Below are positions 1 to 6,348 of a DNA stretch of 34,553 bases, one piece after another (positions within the stretch are counted from its first letter, which is position 1; each line of letters begins with the position of its first letter). Source of the DNA: a virus (taxonomy: Duplodnaviria; Caudoviricetes); the IMG/VR virus record IMGVR_UViG_3300017766_002912, positions 1 to 34,553 of that record. The stretch is one strand, 5' to 3'. Below the pieces are notes generated by a model. It worked only from the letters and a program-made list of their open reading frames with translations, was not told the DNA's origin and ran no database searches. The position numbers were made by a program, and so were the translations under genes.

Positions 1-7
1 CCGACCG

Positions 8-190
8 ATGACCTTCCCCGACCTGATCGCTGAAATCACCAATCCTGAGAACGGGACCATCTATTGGATTGAAGCGGCACACGCTGCCAGGCAGCACGGT
101 CTGTGGGATGACTTCCGCACCGACTACGGCACGACCTCTGCCTTCGGCGGGGTCGACGCTGGCGAATTCCTGGTGTGGTTGGGGTATTGA
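8..190 (+). CDS. Hypothetical early protein, 60 aa
   Basis: ATG in the CCGATG context shared with the next two genes, GC3-rich codons, and a stop overlapping the -35 box of the next promoter. Confidence 0.75.
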   Translation: MTFPDLIAEITNPENGTIYWIEAAHAARQHGLWDDFRTDYGTTSAFGGVDAGEFLVWLGY

Positions 191-217
191 CCCCTGCCCC
201 CTGACCCTGTAGAATTC
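181..217 (+). promoter_or_regulatory. Sigma70-type early promoter with hairpin over the -35 box
   Basis: TTGACC (187-192), 17-bp spacer, TAGAAT (210-215). Inverted repeat GGGGT/ACCCC (181-185/190-194). Confidence 0.85.
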
Positions 218-244
218 TCTCAGTTCACACCCCCACCTGAACCG

Positions 245-433
245 ATGACCGAAGCATACGCCATCTTCACCACGGGCAACGACTACTACGACCGCCCCGA
301 ACTGTTCGGACTCTACGCCTCCGCTGAGAAGGCAGAGGCAGAGGCAGCGGTGCTGCGAGAGCAGATGGACGACTTCAATACCGACGAACCCCTCTACGTT
401 GAAGTGAGCGTCGCCTACGTTCCGATCCGCTGA
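245..433 (+). CDS. Hypothetical acidic early protein, 62 aa
   Basis: ATG about 30 nt after the -10 box. The ORF fills the space between two promoter repeats. Confidence 0.8.
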   Translation: MTEAYAIFTTGNDYYDRPELFGLYASAEKAEAEAAVLREQMDDFNTDEPLYVEVSVAYVPIR

Positions 434-440
434 ACCCTAC

Positions 441-480
441 GGGGCGGGTTGACCATCCGCCCCCTGACCCTGTAGAATTC
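441..480 (+). promoter_or_regulatory. Sigma70-type early promoter with the -35 box in a stem-loop
   Basis: TTGACC (449-454), 18-bp spacer, TAGAAT (473-478). Stem GGGGCGG (441-447)/CCGCCCC (457-463) encloses the -35 box. Confidence 0.85.
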
Positions 481-502
481 CAAAGCAACCGCAACCGATC
501 CG

Positions 503-688
503 ATGGCAATCTACTCCGCCTGCTCGAACCTGGAAACCCGTGAGATCATGTGGGTTGCCCGCAAGACTGATGATGCCCCCCAGTTCCGCTTCGCTGGACA
601 GATCAACCCCTCTGAGGGTTGGTGGTTGGCGGGCATCTACTCCGATCGCTTCGCCTCCGACGTTCGTGGCATTCAGTGGGGTGAGTGA
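503..688 (+). CDS. Hypothetical early protein, 61 aa
   Basis: ATG in CCGATG context 24 nt after the -10 box. Ends just before the next hairpin/promoter. Confidence 0.78.
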   Translation: MAIYSACSNLETREIMWVARKTDDAPQFRFAGQINPSEGWWLAGIYSDRFASDVRGIQWGE

Positions 689-698
689 CCCCGTTCGT

Positions 699-731
699 GG
701 GGGTGGGCACCGCCTGCCCCCGTGCTACAAT
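699..731 (+). promoter_or_regulatory. Extended -10 promoter preceded by a GC hairpin
   Basis: TGcTACAAT (723-731). Hairpin GGGGGTGGGC/GCCTGCCCCC (699-721, with G-U pairs). The -35 box is poor. Confidence 0.7.
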
Positions 732-757
732 TCCATCGTTCACCACCACACCGCACA

Positions 758-1003
758 ATGGCAAAGGCAATCGGCAACGTTCGTTCCACCGACAGCAACG
801 GCAAAGGGCAGGCGCTTCGCTGCAGCAGCGGCGGCGGGATGACCTTCACCCGTGCCCGTGGGTTGGGCGCCTGTATGGTGGCAGACCTTGACGCCGCCAT
901 CGCTGCAGCAAAGGCACAGTATCGTGCCGACCGCATCGCCGCCGCCCGTGATCGACTGGCAGAGGGCAGCGTGATTCACTCTCACCTGGCAGTTCGTTTC
1001 TGA
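758..1003 (+). CDS. Hypothetical Ala/Gly/Arg-rich early protein, 81 aa (MAKAIGNVR...)
   Basis: Start moved from the track's 722 to ATG 758 because 722 overlaps the promoter. The C/A-rich leader resembles those of the upstream genes, and a terminator follows. Confidence 0.75.
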   Translation: MAKAIGNVRSTDSNGKGQALRCSSGGGMTFTRARGLGACMVADLDAAIAAAKAQYRADRIAAARDRLAEGSVIHSHLAVRF

Positions 1004-1009
1004 CACTGA

Positions 1010-1036
1010 GGGGGTGGCAATCGCCGCCCCTTTTTT
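1010..1036 (+). terminator. Rho-independent terminator
   Basis: Stem GGGGTGGC (1011-1018), loop AATC, GCCGCCCC (1023-1030), then T6. Confidence 0.9.
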
Positions 1037-1248
1037 ATGTCTACCGTGTGCCTTCGTTCGTGTTTGGCAGTGCCCGTATTATGCGGTGGTTTGTTATAGC
1101 GGGGCGTGTTTTAAAATCCAAAGGTACCCCTAAACTATAAAGTGTTACCCAAGCGAGAGAAATATTACACAAGACTCAAAAAAATTCCGGATATAAAAAA
1201 TACCTCAAAAAGGACGATTTGATATATAATAAAAAATATGTAGAAATT

Positions 1249-1425
1249 ATGAGAAAAAAACCCGATGACACTAAGATATTCCTTCAAGTTGATCCATTAA
1301 ATGGCGAGTATTATATCAGAATACCTGAGTGGATGATCAATGACCTTTCATGGTATGAAGACACTCAGATAAAGGTAACTTTAGATAACGACGAAATTAT
1401 ACTTTCAGAATATGAAGATGAGTGA
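1249..1425 (+). CDS. AbrB/MazE-like swapped-hairpin DNA-binding protein, ~58 aa
   Basis: GEYYIRIPEWMINDLSW...IKVTLDNDEIILSE fits the AbrB/MazE/SpoVT pattern. ATG 1249 is preferred over TTG 1219. Confidence 0.65.
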   Translation: MRKKPDDTKIFLQVDPLNGEYYIRIPEWMINDLSWYEDTQIKVTLDNDEIILSEYEDE

Positions 1426-1588
1426 AGAAAAATATGACATATATTTAAACGGCAAAAAGATATATGATAAGTTAGAAGAAGAGGAATTTAATAATACCTG
1501 GAAGATGATTCAAAATTTTCTGAGTATTACTGAATCGCCCGTATGTAGAGAAGATCTAACATATAGAAAATCGCAGATTGACATCTAA
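1418..1588 (+). CDS. Hypothetical protein, 56 aa (MSEEKYDIYLNGKKIYDKLEEEEF...), not in ORF track
   Basis: Open frame translated by hand. It overlaps the previous stop, fills the gap, and resembles 2389-2550. Confidence 0.8.
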   Translation: MSEEKYDIYLNGKKIYDKLEEEEFNNTWKMIQNFLSITESPVCREDLTYRKSQIDI

Positions 1589-1606
1589 TACATAATCAAG
1601 TATGAT
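1578..1606 (+). promoter_or_regulatory. Near-consensus sigma70 promoter for the glycosyltransferase cluster
   Basis: TTGACA (1578-1583), 17 bp, TATGAT (1601-1606), 22 nt upstream of ATG 1629. Confidence 0.85.
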
Positions 1607-1628
1607 ATTGACTTAAAACATTCAACTT

Positions 1629-2384
1629 ATGGCTAAAGGATTTACAGTAAAAGCAAAAACGCCGATCGCCACTCAGGAACAGGAGTGGGACTACGATAAG
1701 GCAAGAGAGATGGTAAGGGGAAAATCAATCGTATTTTGTCTACCTGGTAGAGGAGTCTCTTATACTTACTTAAAGAACTTTGTACAACTGTGCTTCGACT
1801 TGGTACAGTCTGGCGCCAGTATCCAAATTTCGCAAGATTATTCATCAATGGTTAATTTTGCAAGATGTAAATGTTTAGGAGCAAATGTTCTCAGAGGGCC
1901 AGATCAAATTCCCTGGGACGGAAAATTAAATTATGACTGGCAGCTCTGGATTGATTCTGATATTGTCTTTAACAGTGAGAAATTTTGGCAACTAGTTCTC
2001 ATGGAAAAAGATATCGCAGCGGGTTGGTATTGTACCGAAGATGGGGTCACCACCTCAGTCGCCCACTGGTTAGAGGAGGACGATTTCCGCAATAATGGTG
2101 GTGTGATGAATCACGAAACTCTGGAGAGTATTTCCAAGCGTCGTAAACCCTTCACAGTTGATTATACTGGATTCGGATGGCTTCTTATCAAGAACGGTGT
2201 CTTTGAGCATTCTGAAATGAAGTATCCTTGGTTCGCGCCCAAGATGCAAGTCTTTGAATCAGGTGAAGTTCAGGATATGTGTGGAGAAGATGTAAGTTTC
2301 TGCCTGGATGCAAAAGAGGCAGGATTTGAAATTTGGTGTGACCCTCGTATTAGAGTCGGTCACGAAAAGACAAGAATCATTTGA
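1629..2384 (+). CDS. GT-A fold (GT2-like) glycosyltransferase of T4-like cyanophages
   Basis: DxD motif WIDSDIVF, TGFGWLLIK, GEDVSFC and C-terminal VGHEK, all typical of GT2-like enzymes. Confidence 0.8.
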   Translation: MAKGFTVKAKTPIATQEQEWDYDKAREMVRGKSIVFCLPGRGVSYTYLKNFVQLCFDLVQSGASIQISQDYSSMVNFARCKCLGANVLRGPDQIPWDGKLNYDWQLWIDSDIVFNSEKFWQLVLMEKDIAAGWYCTEDGVTTSVAHWLEEDDFRNNGGVMNHETLESISKRRKPFTVDYTGFGWLLIKNGVFEHSEMKYPWFAPKMQVFESGEVQDMCGEDVSFCLDAKEAGFEIWCDPRIRVGHEKTRII

Positions 2385-2388
2385 TTTT

Positions 2389-2550
2389 ATGGCAGAAGAA
2401 AGGTACAACATCCTCTGTAACGGCAGAAAAATATACTCTCATCTTACAGAGGATGAATACTTTGACATTATGGAAGATCTTGCGCTACAATACTATCAGA
2501 CAGGATCTCCGAGTCCTGATGAACTTGAAACTGAAATTACTGGAGAATAA
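2389..2550 (+). CDS. Hypothetical protein, 53 aa (MAEERYNILCNGRKIY...)
   Basis: ATG 2389 just after the glycosyltransferase stop (the track start 2308 overlaps that gene). Paralogous to 1418-1588. Confidence 0.8.
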   Translation: MAEERYNILCNGRKIYSHLTEDEYFDIMEDLALQYYQTGSPSPDELETEITGE

Positions 2551-2552
2551 GT

Positions 2553-2699
2553 ATGGCAAAAGCAAAAGTCGGTCTCAATAAGAGCTCTTATATTCCTGGG
2601 CCTCCTAAGAAATCTCGTCAAGGAGATGGGGGTGGCACTAAGTACGCTGCATCTTCTCGTAATGGGGCACGTAAGAAGTATAGAGGGCAAGGAAAGTAA
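2553..2699 (+). CDS. Small basic protein, 48 aa, ending SRNGARKKYRGQGK; not in ORF track
   Basis: GGAG Shine-Dalgarno upstream, open frame filling the gap exactly, 13 Lys/Arg versus 1 Asp. Confidence 0.85.
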   Translation: MAKAKVGLNKSSYIPGPPKKSRQGDGGGTKYAASSRNGARKKYRGQGK

Positions 2700-3311
2700 A
2701 TGTACCACTTAGACGTTAATGATGAGTGGAATGCAATTCATCATGACGATCTTTGGATTTATAATAAATTACAATTAAGTCGGGTTTTGGGATATAAATG
2801 TGGTCCAATTGGTACCACTGTCCCAAGGCCCGATTTTTACATTGTCCGTCCGTCTATCAATTTTCTCGGTATGGGAAGATATGCTGAGATAAAATGGATA
2901 GAAAATAGTACAGATCACTTATATCCATCTGATTTTTGGTGTGAAATTTTTAAAGGAGATCATTTAAGTGTAGATTTTTACAATCAAGAATCAAAATTAG
3001 TTGTAAAAGGATATAAGGATGATAGTGATCCTCTTTATAAATGGAAAAAATGGGAAAAAATTGATAAAAATGTTGAATTTCCTATTATTTTAACAAAATT
3101 AAAGGGCAATTATGACTGGATTAACTGCGAATTTATAGATGGAAATCTAATTGAAGTTCATGTTCGCCAAAATCCAGATTTTAGGTATGATAATCAGGTA
3201 GCAATTCCAAACTGGGATGAAAATATAAATGAAGATGTGTCAAAAAATGCCGTCTATATTCAAGATTTGGAGTACAATACCTATGGAAGGAAGGGAATTT
3301 TTGTCAAATAA
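2700..3311 (+). CDS. Hypothetical protein, probable minimal ATP-grasp fold
   Basis: Motifs in ATP-grasp order: YIVRP..GMG, FWCEIFKGDHLSVD, INCEFIDGNLIEVHVRQNP. Confidence 0.55.
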   Translation: MYHLDVNDEWNAIHHDDLWIYNKLQLSRVLGYKCGPIGTTVPRPDFYIVRPSINFLGMGRYAEIKWIENSTDHLYPSDFWCEIFKGDHLSVDFYNQESKLVVKGYKDDSDPLYKWKKWEKIDKNVEFPIILTKLKGNYDWINCEFIDGNLIEVHVRQNPDFRYDNQVAIPNWDENINEDVSKNAVYIQDLEYNTYGRKGIFVK

Positions 3312-3314
3312 ATA
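3307..3314 (+). promoter_or_regulatory. Possible T4-type late promoter AATAAATA upstream of speD
   Basis: Matches NATAAATA, about 20 nt before the speD start. The AT-rich background weakens this call. Confidence 0.5.
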
Positions 3315-3334
3315 AACTTTTACAAATTCAGACG

Positions 3335-3676
3335 TTGAAACAGATATCAATGGGAAGACACCTCTTATTGGAGGTATATGATGTTGAATTTGATCTTTTA
3401 AATGATTCAATATCTCTACAAGAGGTTATGGAAAATGGAATAGAACGTGCAAATATGACGATTTTAAACATTTTTCAGCATTGTTTTTACCCACAGGGGT
3501 GTACTATTGTAATTGCACTTGCAGAAAGTCATGTTTCTTGTCACACTTGGCCAGAAAATGGGTGTATTGCCATTGATGTTTATACTTGTGGTGATGGAAA
3601 TCCAAAATTAATTGCTTTAGAAATATTAAAATATCTAAATTCTTCTAAATATACTTTAAGGGAAGTTGAAAGATAG
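3335..3676 (+). CDS. speD: S-adenosylmethionine decarboxylase proenzyme (auxiliary metabolic gene)
   Basis: MGRHLL, FYPQGCT, pyruvoyl self-cleavage motif LAE|SHVSCHTWPE, IDVYTCG. Start is TTG 3335 or ATG 3350. Confidence 0.93.
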   Translation: MKQISMGRHLLLEVYDVEFDLLNDSISLQEVMENGIERANMTILNIFQHCFYPQGCTIVIALAESHVSCHTWPENGCIAIDVYTCGDGNPKLIALEILKYLNSSKYTLREVER

Positions 3677-3678
3677 AC

Positions 3679-3734
3679 AAGGAGATAGCAACCTCCTTTA
3701 TAAAAGTTCTGTTTTATATCTTAAAACAGGAGCT
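3679..3734 (+). promoter_or_regulatory. Two-hairpin structured leader occluding the RBS of the next gene
   Basis: Stem 1 is AAGGAG/CTCCTT (3679-3684/3693-3698). Stem 2 is CTGTTTTA/TAAAACAG (3709-3716/3722-3729), extendable over the Shine-Dalgarno AGGAG (3728-3732). Confidence 0.55.
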
Positions 3735-3737
3735 AAA

Positions 3738-3983
3738 ATGTCAAACTTACCAGTTGATAGAGACAAAGATTATATGTACCAAATGTGGGGTACAAAAAGT
3801 CTTGTTACTGATTATGAAAATAATTCATCCGAAAGAATTATTCAAGAAATTATGCATGATCCCGCACCAAAAAAACATCTTCTCAAAAAACAAACTGAAT
3901 TGCACGAAAAAATAAGAAATGATGATGATTATGATGATTGGGAGTATGGCACTGAGGCCAACTATGGTTTTTCTTGGAAGTAA
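3738..3983 (+). CDS. Hypothetical protein, 81 aa, with acidic C-terminus (DDDYDDWEYG)
   Basis: ATG 3738 with AGGAG 5 nt upstream. The track start 3666 is unlikely. Confidence 0.8.
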   Translation: MSNLPVDRDKDYMYQMWGTKSLVTDYENNSSERIIQEIMHDPAPKKHLLKKQTELHEKIRNDDDYDDWEYGTEANYGFSWK

Positions 3984-3984
3984 A

Positions 3985-3992
3985 TATAAATA
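3985..3992 (+). promoter_or_regulatory. T4 late (gp55) promoter TATAAATA
   Basis: Exact consensus, intergenic, 18 nt upstream of gp25. Confidence 0.85.
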
Positions 3993-4010
3993 GAAAAAAA
4001 TCTTCGTCCA

Positions 4011-4412
4011 ATGGAAATTACAAGGATATCTAGAGCATTTAAAGATATTAGTTTATCTTTTGATCCTCATCCTGTAACCAAAGATTTGCCAATTCTGAAA
4101 AATGAGGCGGCAATTCGTAGATCAATTAGAAATTTAGTTGAAACCTTACCAACAGAAAGATTTTTTAACTCTATTTTAGGGTCAAATGTTAGATCTAGTC
4201 TATTTGGATTTGTTGATGTTGGAACTTCATCGATAATTTCTGATCAGATAAAAACAACAATAAAAAATTTTGAAACTAGAGTTACTAACGTTAAAGTGAT
4301 TGTAGATCCACAACCAGATCTAAATTCATTTGATATAACCGTAAATTATGAGATCATTGGACAAGATTTTCCCATTCAGCAATTTAATTTCATATTAGAG
4401 GCAACAAGATAA
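4011..4412 (+). CDS. gp25: Baseplate wedge subunit gp25
   Basis: FKDISLSF, AIRRSIRNLV, ERFFNSILGS and FETRV motifs; positioned before gp6. Confidence 0.92.
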   Translation: MEITRISRAFKDISLSFDPHPVTKDLPILKNEAAIRRSIRNLVETLPTERFFNSILGSNVRSSLFGFVDVGTSSIISDQIKTTIKNFETRVTNVKVIVDPQPDLNSFDITVNYEIIGQDFPIQQFNFILEATR

Positions 4413-4413
4413 A

Positions 4414-6345
4414 ATGCCTTTTACTAAATTTACAAATCTAGATTTTGATCAGATAAAGACTTCAATAAAAGATTATCTTCGTGCAAATTCAAATTTCACG
4501 GATTTTGATTTTGAAGGATCAAACTTTTCTGTGCTCATAGACACATTAGCATATAATACGTATATTACAGCATTTAACTCTAATATGATAGTTAATGAAT
4601 CCTTTTTGGATTCTGCAACTTTAAGAGAAAATGTTGTTTCATTGGCCAGAAACGTCGGATATGTACCTCGGTCTAGAACATCCTCTAATGCTGAGGTATA
4701 TTTTACAGTATCGACAACAAGCACTAGTCCAACATTAACACTTCAGGCAGGTGTTGTATGTGTAGGATCAATAAATGAAACGACATATATTTTTTCAATA
4801 CCAGAAAATATAACTACAACAATAAATGATGGTGTTGCCCAATTTGGATCTGCAGATAGTCCTATTTTGATATACCAGGGCACACTGCTTTCTAAGCAAT
4901 TTACCGTAGATGGATCATTAGATCAGAGATTTATACTCGACAATTCATTTATTGATTCATCAACAATCTCAGTTTATGTTAGAGGAGCATTAGAAACTGG
5001 TGGTTTAGGAGAAAAATATACTAAAGTTGATAATATTTTAAACACTGGATCAATTTCTGAAATATATTTCATTCAAGAAGTTCAAGATGAGAAATATGAA
5101 TTACTATTCGGTGATGGATATTTCGGTAAAGAATTAGAAAATAATTCTGTAGTAAATGTAAGTTATATTGTTACTGACGGAAAATTAGGAAATGGATGCT
5201 CAGTATTCTCATTTGTAGGCACTTTTAAAGATTCTGAAGATAATACAGTCATTCCAACAGAATCAGTGTCTGTTAATACTATTACATCATCAAAAAATGG
5301 AGGAGATATTGAATCGTTATCTTCTATTAAATATTATGCTCCAAAACTATATTCTTCACAATATAGAGCGGTTACATCTAGTGATTATGAAGCAATTATA
5401 AAACAAATATATGCAAATGCAGAATCTGTTTCAATAGTTGGAGGTGAAGAGTTATCTCCACCAAGATATGGTAAAGTTTTAATTAGCATTAAACCTAAGA
5501 ATGGAGATTATGTTTCAGATTTTGATCAAGAACTTATACTCAATAGACTAAAGAATTACTCTGTTTCTGGAATAAATCAGGAAATTGTACCTCTTAAAGT
5601 TCTTTATGTTGAAATTGATACTTCTGTTTATTATAATATAAATCAAGTTGCTAGTGTCGATAATTTAAAAACTCTTATATACAATACATTATATCAATAT
5701 TCAAAAACTCCTAACATTAATAAATTTGGTGGTAGATTTAAATACAGTAAAGTAGTTCAACTGATTGATAATGTTGATGATTCTATTACTTCTAACATTA
5801 CTAAAGTTAGAATTAGAAGAAATTTAAAAGCACTTATAAATCAGTTTTCACAATATGAATTGTGTTTTGGAAATAAATTCCATATTAATCCATATGGATA
5901 CAACATTAAGAGCACTGGGTTTTATGTTGATGGAATTGATGCACCAGTTTATTTGACTGATGTTCCAAATAAATCTGCGGATAATATGTCCTTGGATGGA
6001 TCTGGAAAAGGATCTGTATCTATAGTCAAAAAGAATTCTGATGGCACTTATGGTGTTGTGGTAAAATCTGCTGGAATTGTTGATTACAATTCTGGAGAAA
6101 TTAATATTAATGGAATCGTTATAACTAGTACAATAAAGGAAAATAATATTGTAGAAGTGCAAGCTATTCCAGAATCTAACGATGTAATTGGGTTAAAGGA
6201 TTTATATTTAGAATTTAACCTTGAAAATAGTAAAATAAATATGAAGAGAGATGTAATTTCTTCAGGAGAAGACACTTCTGGAGTCAACTTCACTAATAAT
6301 TATTACACTTCAAGTTACTTTAATGGGGATATAGAGAGGAAATAA
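4414..6345 (+). CDS. gp6: Baseplate wedge subunit gp6
   Basis: LDFDQIK, DFDFEGS, LAYNT, ESFLDSATLRENVVSLA..GY.P, FGDG, RAVTSSDY. Confidence 0.95.
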   Translation: MPFTKFTNLDFDQIKTSIKDYLRANSNFTDFDFEGSNFSVLIDTLAYNTYITAFNSNMIVNESFLDSATLRENVVSLARNVGYVPRSRTSSNAEVYFTVSTTSTSPTLTLQAGVVCVGSINETTYIFSIPENITTTINDGVAQFGSADSPILIYQGTLLSKQFTVDGSLDQRFILDNSFIDSSTISVYVRGALETGGLGEKYTKVDNILNTGSISEIYFIQEVQDEKYELLFGDGYFGKELENNSVVNVSYIVTDGKLGNGCSVFSFVGTFKDSEDNTVIPTESVSVNTITSSKNGGDIESLSSIKYYAPKLYSSQYRAVTSSDYEAIIKQIYANAESVSIVGGEELSPPRYGKVLISIKPKNGDYVSDFDQELILNRLKNYSVSGINQEIVPLKVLYVEIDTSVYYNINQVASVDNLKTLIYNTLYQYSKTPNINKFGGRFKYSKVVQLIDNVDDSITSNITKVRIRRNLKALINQFSQYELCFGNKFHINPYGYNIKSTGFYVDGIDAPVYLTDVPNKSADNMSLDGSGKGSVSIVKKNSDGTYGVVVKSAGIVDYNSGEININGIVITSTIKENNIVEVQAIPESNDVIGLKDLYLEFNLENSKINMKRDVISSGEDTSGVNFTNNYYTSSYFNGDIERK

Positions 6346-6348
6346 GAC

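Larger units (their letters stand above)
196..480 (+). repeat. 22-bp exact direct repeat GCCCCCTGACCCTGTAGAATTC at 196-217 and 459-480
   Basis: Two identical copies read directly, each covering a promoter spacer and -10 box and bracketing the 245-433 gene. Confidence 0.95.
1..1110. other. GC-rich early-gene block, compositionally distinct from the rest of the window
   Basis: GC is about 60% by eye (34/60 in the first line) versus about 30% in the structural genes. The switch is sharp at ~1105-1115. Confidence 0.9.

Noticed and set aside
196-480. 22-bp repeats as a CRISPR array or attachment sites
   Set aside because: There are only two copies 263 bp apart, they contain promoter boxes and enclose a gene, and no cas or integrase gene is in the window.
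540-1006. Overlapping ORFs 540-842 (+), 685-891 (+), 673-936 (-) and 740-1006 (-)
   Set aside because: They cross promoter/hairpin elements or shadow the better-supported frames. Long spurious ORFs are expected at high GC.
1249-1588. AbrB-like gene plus downstream ORF as a toxin-antitoxin pair
   Set aside because: The second ORF is small and acidic, lacks MazF/PIN/RelE features, and has a paralogue elsewhere in the cluster.
642-1669. CCGATCGC at 642 and 1662 as cyanobacterial HIP1 sites
   Set aside because: Both mismatch GCGATCGC at one position, and two copies are not evidence of enrichment.
2381-2708. Track ORFs 2381-2581 (+) and 2496-2708 (-)
   Set aside because: The interval is tiled better by 2389-2550 and 2553-2699, which have ATG starts and RBS or paralogue support.
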